From Erysipelothrix larvae (GTDB taxonomy: Bacteria; Bacillota_I; Bacilli_A; Erysipelotrichales; Erysipelotrichaceae): DNA of 32,000 nucleotides. Shown here piece by piece: positions 9,908-18,734 of the stretch. How positions within the stretch are numbered: the first letter of the stretch is position 1; each line of letters begins with the position of its first letter. Made by a program: the position numbers and the translations under genes. Location: the NCBI RefSeq assembly GCF_001545095.1, contig NZ_CP013213.1, positions 1,110,001-1,142,000 of the forward strand. The letters run 5' to 3'. Under the pieces are notes generated by a model that saw only the letters and a list, made by a program, of their open reading frames with translations, was not told the origin of the DNA and did no database searches.

Positions 9908-10776
9908 TAAACGCTCACCTTGGCTTTAATGGAAGGATGATGGTTATAGTTTACGATTTCAAAGTCTTCATATTTAAAGTCTTCAATTTCTTTTTGATCC
10001 CCGTGAATGATTAATTGTGGGAGTGGTAATGGTTCACGTGATAGTTGTTCTTCAATTGCATCAACGTGATCATTATAAATGTGCGCGTCACCTAACGTAT
10101 GAACGAAGTCACCAACTTCTAAGTTGCATATTTTCGCAATCATATGCACAAGCAGTGCGTATGACGCAATGTTGAATGGAACACCTAAAAAGATGTCGGC
10201 ACTGCGTTGGTAGAGTTGTAGGGATAATTTGCCTGAATCACTGACATAGAATTGTAGAAATGCATGACATGGTGGCAAAGCCATCTCATGAATTAAAGGT
10301 GGATTCCAGGCACTCATTATAATCCGACGTGAAGTTGGATTGTTTCGGATTTGATCAATTACTTCTTGTAGTTGATCAACACCCCCAAAGTCACGCCATT
10401 GCTTTCCATAAACAGGACCTAAATCACCAAATTGAGCAGCGAATGCATCATCGTGAGCAATTCTCTCAATAAATTGATTCATTGTTTCGTTTTGATACAT
10501 ATCTGACGCTTTAAATGCAGCATATGGCCACTCGTTCCAAATCCTTACTTTGTTTTGAACGAGCCATTGTATGTTCGTATTGCCGCTGATAAACCAAAGT
10601 AATTCTTTCGCAATAGATGCGAAGTGTACGCGTTTTGTTGTGAGCAAAGGAAAGCCTTCGCTTAAATTAAACCGCATTTGGTATCCAAATACACTGCGTG
10701 TACCTGTACCAGTACGATCCATACGTTGTTCACCATGTTCCATTACAAACTGACATAAATCGAGATATGTTTTCAT
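9907..10776 (-). CDS. thyA: thymidylate synthase (ThyA type)
   Basis: DRTGTGT, active-site [28 protein letters not shown]. 289 aa. AAGGGGA SD. Confidence 0.95.
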   Translation of the reverse strand: MKTYLDLCQFVMEHGEQRMDRTGTGTRSVFGYQMRFNLSEGFPLLTTKRVHFASIAKELLWFISGNTNIQWLVQNKVRIWNEWPYAAFKASDMYQNETMNQFIERIAHDDAFAAQFGDLGPVYGKQWRDFGGVDQLQEVIDQIRNNPTSRRIIMSAWNPPLIHEMALPPCHAFLQFYVSDSGKLSLQLYQRSADIFLGVPFNIASYALLVHMIAKICNLEVGDFVHTLGDAHIYNDHVDAIEEQLSREPLPLPQLIIHGDQKEIEDFKYEDFEIVNYNHHPSIKAKVSV

Positions 10777-10791
10777 AAAAGTCCCCTTATC

Positions 10792-11118
10792 TTAAGCTAA
10801 ATATTCTAAATTTTCAGCAATTAACATCAAGTCATTGCCGCGTTTTTCAATTCTGCCGTGTACAGCGATGTTATCGTCTATTTTACGAAATGACATAACT
10901 TCTGCAGCCATGCCCTGCCATAAATGAATGCGGTAGATTTCTGTTTTAAATGAGAAATCCGCTTCTCTGAAGTTTTTAATGACTTCAATATCAAATGCAT
11001 GATAGATGCCCCCTTGCAGATCCGCAACTTTCGACGTTTGACTCTTCACTTTTCCGACGAGACTGAACTGGTTAATACGCTTCACCTCAATTCTAGATCC
11101 GTTAGATTTTCGGCACAA
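10792..11118 (-). CDS. OB-fold protein resembling a tail-less single-stranded DNA-binding protein; start codon uncertain
   Basis: The pattern INQFSLVGKV...IYRIHLWQGMAEV...IAVHGRIE resembles the SSB OB fold, but no acidic C-terminal tail is present. There is no ATG in the 5' part of the ORF. Candidate starts are TTG 11118, GTG 11085 and ATT 11076 (GAGGTG SD 6 nt upstream of the ATT). Coordinates given are the maximal ORF. Confidence 0.4.
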   Translation of the reverse strand: MCRKSNGSRIEVKRINQFSLVGKVKSQTSKVADLQGGIYHAFDIEVIKNFREADFSFKTEIYRIHLWQGMAAEVMSFRKIDDNIAVHGRIEKRGNDLMLIAENLEYLA

Positions 11119-11131
11119 AAATCATACAAAA

Positions 11132-11140
11132 ATTATAACA
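11132..11140 (-). promoter_or_regulatory. extended -10 promoter element (TGTTATAAT) upstream of the OB-fold/thyA string
   Basis: The minus strand reads TGTTATAAT. No good -35 is present. The predicted TSS is near 11125. Confidence 0.4.
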
Positions 11141-11253
11141 TACTCTCTACGTGATTTTTTGCTTAAATCTATGATTTATGAGGTAAAAAGATAGGATTAA
11201 TCAAACAATCAATTTCATACAATAATCGATGTGATGATCAAACTTAAAGCTTC

Positions 11254-12522
11254 TTAATCTGAATGGGTAGGTTCGTGTGGTTTCATTAGTACAAAGCTTG
11301 AATTAAAGTTTTGTAAGAAATCTAATGTATTAAGTACTCTTTTGTAATCCAAAGTCTTAATGAATTCAAGGTAATCAAAGTATTGGACCCTTTTAAACCC
11401 AGTACTTAATATATTCATGACAAAACGATCGTTGTGTTCCATTAACATAATCAGGCGTCCATATTGACGTCTTGACAATTGGGTAAAATTATCTGGGTTT
11501 ACTTCTAGTTTTTGCATTACTGAATCAATGAGTTCTCTGAAAGCCTCTGGTTTTTCGGCATCGTTAAAGAAATAAACAACACCAAAGCCATCTCTCAAAT
11601 CGACATCATACATGAATGAATCGCTGATAATTTCATCATCTAACCAGGATTGGTATGCATCATTCATCTCAGAGAAGTTAAGTTGAAGGATAAACCGAAC
11701 CAAATATTCATCATAGACTTTGTTGGTACCATTGTACTCAAATTTATAAGAGACACTCATTTTTGGAATTAAAACATTGTCATAAATTTCTTCATAAGCA
11801 CATCGTACAGTGAGTGGTTCATGTTTGAAGTGGGTTTGAACGTTTAAGACTTCATACGGATGATTTTGAGTGTGAAGTGTCACAGTCTCAAAGATTTTCT
11901 GTGGGTCTTCCCCAGTTGTAATTACTAGGCCCATTCGTGAGTCTGTGTAATTCATACGGTAGGCTGTTCGTAAATCATCTAAAAGCATTGATGAAACATC
12001 TTCTTCAGTTCCCCCAATATCAATTCGTAAAGGAAACGTGTGATAGACATTTTGGTAGGTCTTCATTAAGAGATTTGTATCCGGCATTTTGGCATACATG
12101 CGAAGTTCTTCTAAGATAATCCCCTTTTCTTTGTCGACGCGTTCTTGATTTAAAGAAAAACGACTGACAAAATCTATTAGAATCCCCAAAGGGGTTAATA
12201 CATCGCCATTAGTACTAAAGTAATAAACAGTTTGTTCATGTGATGTGAAGGCATTCGCACTGGCCCCTACTTCAGCAAACTTACTGAATACATCTTCGGT
12301 TTCATCTTCAAAGAGTTTATGTTCGAGAAAATGAGCAACCCCTGTCTTGTGTTGAACTTCTAAGCCATCAATGGATTGGATTAAGTCAAGTGCACCAAAT
12401 GGTGTTCCATATACTGCAACAGATTGTTTAAACCCTGGGCGATGTATAATCGTTACCCGTAGGCCACTTTCCGTTACGAATGCATACGCATTGTCAATAA
12501 AAGAATTTTTAATTTGTTTCAT
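11254..12522 (-). CDS. M16-family zinc metallopeptidase (insulinase-like), catalytic subunit
   Basis: HxxEH zinc motif present (VAHFLEHKLFE). I prefer the ATG at 12522 (MKQIKNSF...), which overlaps the upstream gene by 14 nt. Resembles Bacillus YmfH-type proteins. Confidence 0.8.
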   Translation of the reverse strand: MKQIKNSFIDNAYAFVTESGLRVTIIHRPGFKQSVAVYGTPFGALDLIQSIDGLEVQHKTGVAHFLEHKLFEDETEDVFSKFAEVGASANAFTSHEQTVYYFSTNGDVLTPLGILIDFVSRFSLNQERVDKEKGIILEELRMYAKMPDTNLLMKTYQNVYHTFPLRIDIGGTEEDVSSMLLDDLRTAYRMNYTDSRMGLVITTGEDPQKIFETVTLHTQNHPYEVLNVQTHFKHEPLTVRCAYEEIYDNVLIPKMSVSYKFEYNGTNKVYDEYLVRFILQLNFSEMNDAYQSWLDDEIISDSFMYDVDLRDGFGVVYFFNDAEKPEAFRELIDSVMQKLEVNPDNFTQLSRRQYGRLIMLMEHNDRFVMNILSTGFKRVQYFDYLEFIKTLDYKRVLNTLDFLQNFNSSFVLMKPHEPTHSD

Positions 12523-13732
12523 CGTCTTGTCCCCTATAGCTGTAAATAAATGAGTGATTGATATGATCCACAACTGCTTGAACAGATTCTGGTGTTACAT
12601 TCATAATGGATTCAATCATATCTTCGGGTGAATCATCCCGGTTTAATGCATGATTACGAACCACAAATTGTCCTAAACGTCTAAGTTTCTCTGTGGTGCC
12701 ACTGATTTGATTCACTAAATAAGCTTTTGTTTTCGCAAGATCGTGTGGAGCGCGTTTGATTGCTTCAATTTGTTCTGATACAAGGTCAATGACTTTCGCT
12801 TCATTCGAAGGTGAAATGCTGGTGCTTATATAGAACAATCCATCAAAAATAAGCTGGGAAGCATAGATTGAATAACACAAACTGTGTTTTTCCCGAACGT
12901 TTTGGAATAAAAGAGACGAAGTGCCTTGCCCTAATAACGCAATAAACACAAGATAAGGAAGGTAAAGTTCATGGTGTGGTGTGATATCAGTTTGGTAAAT
13001 CATCACAAGCTCTGTTTGATTAGAGGGTTGATAGTCCACCTGATGCTCATTTAAGATTTGATTTGAGACAAGACTTTCTTGTGTTTGTGTTTGTGAAAGC
13101 GTTGGGATGGTTGGAATGTCAGATGGAGATACATCCCCAACGACATAGATTGTTTTCTCAAATTCATGAACACACATTTGATGGAATGAGTGCACATCCT
13201 CTAAAGTAACACATTCTAGTCGCTCTAAATTTCCATCAGGCTGAATGCCACATATTTGGTCGGGTCCAGCTTTTGATAAGGCTTCTAAAAGTGCAAAGTA
13301 TTGTGGGTTTTCTTTCACCCTTAACAAATCCTTTTTGACATTCAGTTTGGCTTCCTTAAATGTTTCTTCATTAAGCAAAGGGTTCAATAAAACTTCATAC
13401 ACTAACTTAAACTGTTCATTAAGCAAGTCTTCTTCGACATACCGCTTATTAATTGAACGTGTATTTATTTCAAGAATCTGTGCTTGCCCCAGTGAATAGG
13501 TAAAAACAGATAAACTTGTTCCATATAACCAATCCAAGTGTTTTGCCATTTCTTGTTTAGATGGATAGGCACTCAGACGATCGCTTAACATCTTTGTTAA
13601 GACATTCGCGGTTGTTGCAGTTTCTTTTGTTAAAGGAAACTTAATTAATAGATTTACGGATACTTCGTTGAACTTTGAGTCGGGAATTAGCCAAATATTT
13701 GGCTCACCAACGATTTGATTCAAATTAAACAT
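12509..13732 (-). CDS. M16-family peptidase-like protein lacking the HxxEH motif (non-catalytic partner)
   Basis: M16-like length and layout, but no HxxEH was seen. The ATG at 13732 is preceded by a GGAGG SD (13741-13746). Paired with the downstream catalytic M16 gene. Confidence 0.7.
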   Translation of the reverse strand: MFNLNQIVGEPNIWLIPDSKFNEVSVNLLIKFPLTKETATTANVLTKMLSDRLSAYPSKQEMAKHLDWLYGTSLSVFTYSLGQAQILEINTRSINKRYVEEDLLNEQFKLVYEVLLNPLLNEETFKEAKLNVKKDLLRVKENPQYFALLEALSKAGPDQICGIQPDGNLERLECVTLEDVHSFHQMCVHEFEKTIYVVGDVSPSDIPTIPTLSQTQTQESLVSNQILNEHQVDYQPSNQTELVMIYQTDITPHHELYLPYLVFIALLGQGTSSLLFQNVREKHSLCYSIYASQLIFDGLFYISTSISPSNEAKVIDLVSEQIEAIKRAPHDLAKTKAYLVNQISGTTEKLRRLGQFVVRNHALNRDDSPEDMIESIMNVTPESVQAVVDHINHSFIYSYRGQDDETN

Positions 13733-13753
13733 AGATAAAAACCTCCGATTTAA

Positions 13754-13762
13754 TGGTATAAT
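13754..13762 (+). promoter_or_regulatory. extended -10 promoter element (TGGTATAAT) for pncB
   Basis: TGGTATAAT lies 45 nt upstream of the pncB ATG, in the divergent intergenic region shared with the M16 genes. Confidence 0.4.
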
Positions 13763-13806
13763 CACTATAGTACATTATACAACATACTTAGAAGGAATTG
13801 ATAGTT

Positions 13807-15249
13807 ATGATTAAACTTGATGATATTGTTTTTCTCACTGATCTATATGAGTTTACAATGGCTTATACCTATTTCAAAGAAAAAAGGCATGAAGAAATTG
13901 TTTATTTCGATATGTTTACACGACGCACACCCAATAGTGGTGGATATATGATTTTTAATGGATTAGCGAAACTAATCGAAGGCATTAAAAACTTTAAGTT
14001 TCAAAAGGAACATATTGATTATTTAAGAGAGTGTGGATTTCAGGATGAAGCATTCTTAAATTATCTTCTAGAAATGGAACTTGATATTGATATGTGGGCG
14101 ATGGAAGATGGAACTGTTTGTTTTCCAAACGAACCCCTTGTGACTGTGCATGGAAATGTCATCCAGGCACAACTTATTGAAACCATGCTCTTATTATCCA
14201 TCAATTATTCGACCTTAGTTGCGACTAAAGCTAGTCGTATTGTGACAGCATCACGAGGACGCTCAGTCCTTGAGTTTGGTGCTCGACGAGCGCACGGATA
14301 TGATTCATCATTGGATGGAGCACGTGCTGCGATCATTGCTGGATGTGTCGGAACTTCGCACACATTAGCTGGTCATAAATTTGGTGCTTATGTGAGTGGT
14401 ACAATGGCCCATTCTTACATTCAACTGCATGATTCAGAATATGATGCATTCTTATCCTTTGCGAAAATTAATCCAACAAATAGTATTTTCTTAGTGGACA
14501 CTTATGATACATTAGGATCTGGTGTGCCAAATGCGATTAAAGTTGCTCAGGATTATTTGATTCCAAATGGTTATCGTCTGAAAGCAATACGGCTGGATTC
14601 GGGTGACCTTGCCTATCTTTCAAAAGAAGCGCGTAAAATGCTGGATGAACAGGGTTTGCACGATTGTAAGATTATGGCATCAAATTCACTGGATGAATTT
14701 ATTATTGATGACTTAATCTATCAAGGGGCAGCGATTGATCAATTTGGAGTGGGTGAAAACTTGATCACTTCAAAAAGTGAACCGGTACTTGGTGGTGTAT
14801 ACAAGCTGATTGCATCGGAAGTCAATGGTGTCATCCATCCGAAAATTAAAGTAAGTGACAACATTGAGAAAATTACCAATCCTGGATTTAAACGATTATA
14901 TCGTTTCTATGATAACACAACTAACAAAGCACTCGCAGACTACATCGCGCTCTCACATGAAACTGTTCCTGAAGATAAGCTTACGATCTTTGATCCAAGT
15001 GCTCCATGGAAACGTAAAGATTTGGAAAACTATACAATACGAGAACTGCATGTTCCAATTTTTGTTAAGGGTCAGTGTGTTTATGAAACACCAACACTTC
15101 AAGACATAAAGGTTTATGCTGCGAAAGAACGTGAAACACTGTGGGATGAAGTAAAACGGCTTCAAAACCCTCATACCTATTATGTTGACCTATCGCAAGA
15201 ATTGTATGATCTAAAAATGGACTTATTATTAAGTCTCACTGAAAAGTAG
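13807..15249 (+). CDS. pncB: nicotinate phosphoribosyltransferase
   Basis: N-terminal LTDLYEFTMAYTYF motif, central GTMAHSYIQ, about 480 aa. I prefer the ATG at 13807 (GAAGGA SD 10 nt upstream) over the TTG at 13798. Confidence 0.9.
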   Translation: MIKLDDIVFLTDLYEFTMAYTYFKEKRHEEIVYFDMFTRRTPNSGGYMIFNGLAKLIEGIKNFKFQKEHIDYLRECGFQDEAFLNYLLEMELDIDMWAMEDGTVCFPNEPLVTVHGNVIQAQLIETMLLLSINYSTLVATKASRIVTASRGRSVLEFGARRAHGYDSSLDGARAAIIAGCVGTSHTLAGHKFGAYVSGTMAHSYIQLHDSEYDAFLSFAKINPTNSIFLVDTYDTLGSGVPNAIKVAQDYLIPNGYRLKAIRLDSGDLAYLSKEARKMLDEQGLHDCKIMASNSLDEFIIDDLIYQGAAIDQFGVGENLITSKSEPVLGGVYKLIASEVNGVIHPKIKVSDNIEKITNPGFKRLYRFYDNTTNKALADYIALSHETVPEDKLTIFDPSAPWKRKDLENYTIRELHVPIFVKGQCVYETPTLQDIKVYAAKERETLWDEVKRLQNPHTYYVDLSQELYDLKMDLLLSLTEK

Positions 15250-15257
15250 TCTTCGAT

Positions 15258-15686
15258 ATGATTCGACGGTGCTTATTTGAAGATTTAGAATCAATTACGC
15301 TTTTAAGTCAACACGATTTAGGTTATCCAAATACAACGCTTTCTTTAGTCCAAGATAACTTTAATTCATTAAGTTTAAATCCTGAACATGTAATCTTTGT
15401 CGCCCAACATCAAGACTCTGTCGTTGGTTATGTTCATGCACATATCTATCGATCAATATATAGTGAGCCGTGTGTAAATGTATGTGGACTTGCGGTAAAT
15501 CGTGCGGTGCGTGGATATGGGTTTGGGAAACAGTTATTACAAGAAGTGGAATCATGGACGCTAAACAATCACCTATCTGCAGTTCGTTTGAACTCAAATG
15601 TGATTCGAACACAAGCACATGCTTTCTATGAACATTGTGGGTATCATTCCACAAAGTCACAAAAACATTTTTATAAAACCCTTTAA
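15258..15686 (+). CDS. GNAT-family N-acetyltransferase
   Basis: Motif A LAVNRAVRGYGFGKQLLQEVE (R-x-x-G-x-G) and a C-terminal FYEHCGY. 142 aa. Lies 8 nt downstream of pncB. Confidence 0.8.
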   Translation: MIRRCLFEDLESITLLSQHDLGYPNTTLSLVQDNFNSLSLNPEHVIFVAQHQDSVVGYVHAHIYRSIYSEPCVNVCGLAVNRAVRGYGFGKQLLQEVESWTLNNHLSAVRLNSNVIRTQAHAFYEHCGYHSTKSQKHFYKTL

Positions 15687-15688
15687 TA

Positions 15689-15723
15689 AAAGCCAAATTC
15701 AGATAAGAGTTTGGCTTTTTTTA
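15689..15723. terminator. bidirectional rho-independent terminator
   Basis: AAAGCCAAA-12 nt-TTTGGCTTT with T-runs on both strands. It sits between the convergent GNAT gene (+) and the small membrane-protein gene (-). Confidence 0.75.
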
Positions 15724-15745
15724 GATAATTTTCGACTATCTGATA

Positions 15746-16042
15746 CTAAAGCTTTTGTTTTAAGATTTCAGCATCAACTTCAGATGCAGGTTCATAACCT
15801 TTTTTCAACAAGTCGTTTATGTAAATTTTGTTGTAGAATATTGAGAATGCTGCCGATACAATAATGGCTCCCATACCCTTTGTCTTTAAACTTATCAACA
15901 CTTCCAGTAAAAGCAGGATGATTCCCCATTTAAAATCTCCATTGAATCATGGATCTACGAATCCGAAGAAAAATACAGACCAGCTAAATCCAACCTTCAC
16001 TTCTTTTAGGTTTCCATGTTTCCCACGTAATTTTACTGTCAT
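15746..16042 (-). pseudogene. small DUF2628-like membrane protein gene interrupted by one in-frame TGA (15947-15949)
   Basis: My own translation gives M(S)MTVKLRGKHGNLKEVKVGFSWSVFFFGFVDP*FNGDFKWGIILLLLEVLISLKTKGMGAIIVSAAFSIFYNKIYINDLLKKGYEPASEVDAEILKQKL*. This is 99 codons in one frame, with an AGGGGG SD 8 nt before the ATG at 16042. The frame stays open and protein-like on both sides of the TGA. Confidence 0.55.
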
Positions 16043-16244
16043 TGACATTACCCCCTTTTTGTCATTGTGCTATTTAAAGCATCTGGAGTAATACTAGCAA
16101 AATAGAAATTTGAAAGCAATCTATTTACACGGCAATTTCCAATCTTTTTCAAGAATTTTCAGAATAGTGCAACAGATTATTGAGCTCTATAAAATACCCG
16201 TCATTAGCATCGAAAAACAATGAAATTATTCAAGTTTGAAATGT

Positions 16245-16298
16245 AAAAACAGTGTCTTATATACAAACGATGCTTGTTGTATTTACGACACTGTTTTT
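16245..16298. terminator. long bidirectional hairpin terminator
   Basis: AAAAACAGTGTC (16245-16256) pairs perfectly with GACACTGTTTTT (16287-16298), with T-runs on both strands. It lies downstream of the 16361..17083 gene. Confidence 0.7.
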
Positions 16299-16360
16299 GT
16301 ATTGATATCCGATAATGTGTTCAAATTGGTTTACAATATCGGATCATTAAATGAGTTTAT

Positions 16361-17083
16361 TTATACACCTACTACAGTTGTTTGCCACCCTTCAAAGTGA
16401 CCATGGCGTGATTCTGTACCGTGAATCATTTTATCAGTTAATAGATTCATGGTCATGACATCTGGAACAATGTGCATGGTGAGGTGAACATGAATATGTC
16501 CATCTTTGCTTAAATGTATGTGAGCTTCTTTTGTTAACCCTTCGAATTCATGTGCAAAATCATGCGCGCTCTTGTTATCGTGGAATGATGCATATAAGAG
16601 CACATCACGTGCTGTTTCAAACATCTCCCCTTGTTCTAAGAGTTCTTTACAGTAATCTTGATTTACAATATATTGTTGTTCATAAAGGTTTGGGTAAAGG
16701 TAATTGATATAGAGTGATTCTGATCCGTTTGGATGCACTAAAACCTCTATTTCATCGCCCTGACGTTGTTTAAGGGGTTCTGAGATGTTGTCTGCTGTTG
16801 GACTTGCAAAGAACAAGTCAACGCTCCCATTTCCAGTAATAGTACCAAGATAAAGGGAACCATGTTCAACCATATCATTCATTAACGAGCTTTCAAGTGT
16901 AGAAAGTCGATCAAATTCATCTTCACTTGGATACCCGTCTTCCCTTACTTTATATTTAATCATGACAATAACCCCATGAGGATATTGTTCAAGTCTTTCA
17001 TGGGCATAAATATCAACGCGCACACTATGTGCTACTTCATCCAATGTAGTTGGATAAAAAACAAATTCAGTTCGTTCACTCAT
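16361..17083 (-). CDS. hypothetical protein, DUF695-like N-terminal half fused to an RraB-like (regulator of ribonuclease activity B family) C-terminal half
   Basis: 240 aa. ATG at 17083 with an AAAGGAGA SD. The C-terminal pattern (LLYASFHDNKSAHDFAHEF ... HGHFEGWQT) resembles RraB/DUF1260 endings (G-x-[YF]-[DE]-G-W). This is recalled from memory of the TIGR01619-type architecture and has not been verified. Confidence 0.5.
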   Translation of the reverse strand: MSERTEFVFYPTTLDEVAHSVRVDIYAHERLEQYPHGVIVMIKYKVREDGYPSEDEFDRLSTLESSLMNDMVEHGSLYLGTITGNGSVDLFFASPTADNISEPLKQRQGDEIEVLVHPNGSESLYINYLYPNLYEQQYIVNQDYCKELLEQGEMFETARDVLLYASFHDNKSAHDFAHEFEGLTKEAHIHLSKDGHIHVHLTMHIVPDVMTMNLLTDKMIHGTESRHGHFEGWQTTVVGV

Positions 17084-17225
17084 TTATAATGCATCTCCTT
17101 TGATTTAAAATTCCTTTTTAAATTATACCTTCAACGTAATCGTATTGTCCATACGGTTTGAATAGAACACGCACTCATTGTATATAATCATGCGCATGAT
17201 GTAAAGAATAGTGCGTTTTAAACGT

Positions 17226-17254
17226 AAGAAAAGAAGGCACTGAATGTACCTTCT
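17226..17254 (-). terminator. rho-independent terminator after livF
   Basis: On the minus strand, AGAAGGTAC-attca-GTGCCTTCT (one mismatch) is followed by TTTCTTACGTTT. It overlaps the livF stop. Confidence 0.55.
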
Positions 17255-17958
17255 TAACCCCCTAAGTAGAGTTCCTTAACTTGATCGCTGTTTATAATAT
17301 CTTCAGCTTTTCCTTCAAGTCTTAAAACTCCGTTTTCAATAATATAAGCATAATCTGCAATTTCGAGTGCTTTCTTAGCGTTTTGTTCAACAAGAAGCAC
17401 CGTAACACCATCGTTATTTGTTTCCTTGATGATGTTGAAAATCTCTTTAACAATTAATGGCGCAAGTCCCATCGAAGGTTCATCAAGAAGTAAGAGTCTT
17501 GGTTTTGATAATAATGCACGCGATATCGCAAGCATTTGTTGCTCTCCACCACTGAGCGTATGCGCATCTTGATTTTTACGTTGCCCAAGAATTGGGAATC
17601 GTTTATAGATTACTTCAAGCTCTTCTTTAATTGCTTGATGATCTGAGCGTGTAAATGCTCCTAGCAATAAATTTTCTTCAACAGTCATACCTGAGAAGAT
17701 ACGACGGCCTTCAGGGACATGAACTATCCCCATTTTCACAATATCGTGTGGTTTAACTTTTGACAAGTTTTTTCCTTCAAATGTGATGGAACCACTTTTA
17801 GCGTTAATTAATCCTGAAATGGTTTTAAGTAACGTACTTTTTCCAGCTCCGTTTGCGCCAACAAGCGATACTAACTGTCCTTCTTCAACATTAATTGAGA
17901 TGGATTTAATGGCAGAAATTGAGCCATAGTTAACTTCTAAATTTTCAATTTTTAACAT
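17254..17958 (-). CDS. livF: branched-chain amino acid ABC transporter ATP-binding protein
   Basis: Walker A GANGAGKSTLL, signature LSGGEQQML, Walker B LLLLDEPSMGL. 234 aa. The start overlaps the livG stop. Confidence 0.9.
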   Translation of the reverse strand: MLKIENLEVNYGSISAIKSISINVEEGQLVSLVGANGAGKSTLLKTISGLINAKSGSITFEGKNLSKVKPHDIVKMGIVHVPEGRRIFSGMTVEENLLLGAFTRSDHQAIKEELEVIYKRFPILGQRKNQDAHTLSGGEQQMLAISRALLSKPRLLLLDEPSMGLAPLIVKEIFNIIKETNNDGVTVLLVEQNAKKALEIADYAYIIENGVLRLEGKAEDIINSDQVKELYLGG

Positions 17959-18734
17959 TACGCATCCTCATTTCCCAAATAAGCATCAATAACGAGTTTA
18001 TTTGATTGTATTTCTTTGGGTGTTCCTTCGGCTATACATTTACCGTAGTTTAATACGTAAATACGGTCGCATAGGTCCATTACAAACCCCATATCATGTT
18101 CAATAAGGACAATTGTTAGTTCAAATTTTGAATGGATAAGATTGATGAAATCGCGAAGATCATTTGTTTCTTGTGGGTTCATACCTGCAGCAGGTTCATC
18201 TAAGAATAAGTATTTTGCACCTGTTGCAAGTGCACGAACGATTTCAAGACGTCGCTGTTCCCCATAAGATAATGAAGACGCTTTTTGTTCAGCCTTGTCC
18301 TTTAAGTCTACAATATCAAGATATGAATCCGCCTTTTCTTGCATGATTCGTTCTTCACGATAGAAATTACGTGTTCTAAAGACTGCATCAAATTTAGAAT
18401 AGTTGACATTAAAATTCATCGCGACTTTAAGATTGTCAAGAAGTGTTAAATCCTTGAAAAGTCGAATATTTTGAAATGTACGGGCGAGTCCAAGTTCTGT
18501 AATTTTCTCAACGGACATCCCTGTAAGTTCTGTGGTTGTTTCGCCATTGAGAGAAATTGATCCTTCAGTAGGGACGTAGATACCTGTTAAGCAGTTGAAT
18601 AAGGTTGTTTTACCTGCACCATTTGGTCCGATAATGCCTACCTTCTCACCCATTTTTACTTCGCAGGATACATCTTCAATCGCTACAACACCACCAAAGC
18701 GCTGTGTTAAGTGATTAACCTTTAGTGTTTCCAT
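17958..18734 (-). CDS. livG: branched-chain amino acid ABC transporter ATP-binding protein
   Basis: Walker [13 protein letters not shown], signature [11 protein letters not shown], Walker [14 protein letters not shown] prefer the ATG at 18734 (AAAGGA SD); the track start at 18752 is a TTG. Confidence 0.9.
   Translation of the reverse strand: METLKVNHLTQRFGGVVAIEDVSCEVKMGEKVGIIGPNGAGKTTLFNCLTGIYVPTEGSISLNGETTTELTGMSVEKITELGLARTFQNIRLFKDLTLLDNLKVAMNFNVNYSKFDAVFRTRNFYREERIMQEKADSYLDIVDLKDKAEQKASSLSYGEQRRLEIVRALATGAKYLFLDEPAAGMNPQETNDLRDFINLIHSKFELTIVLIEHDMGFVMDLCDRIYVLNYGKCIAEGTPKEIQSNKLVIDAYLGNEDA

Noticed and set aside
15947-15949. The idea that the in-frame TGA reflects genetic code 4 (TGA = Trp), as in Mollicutes.
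   Set aside because: TGA clearly terminates folA (9449), livH (19674) and the 4709 ORF at positions where the next gene starts. Trp is encoded by TGG throughout. The window therefore uses the standard code.
15619-16091. Two plus-strand ORFs of 81 and 75 aa.
   Set aside because: They have no SD. The first runs through the bidirectional terminator, and both are antisense to the more protein-like DUF2628-type frame. Their composition looks like antisense translation.
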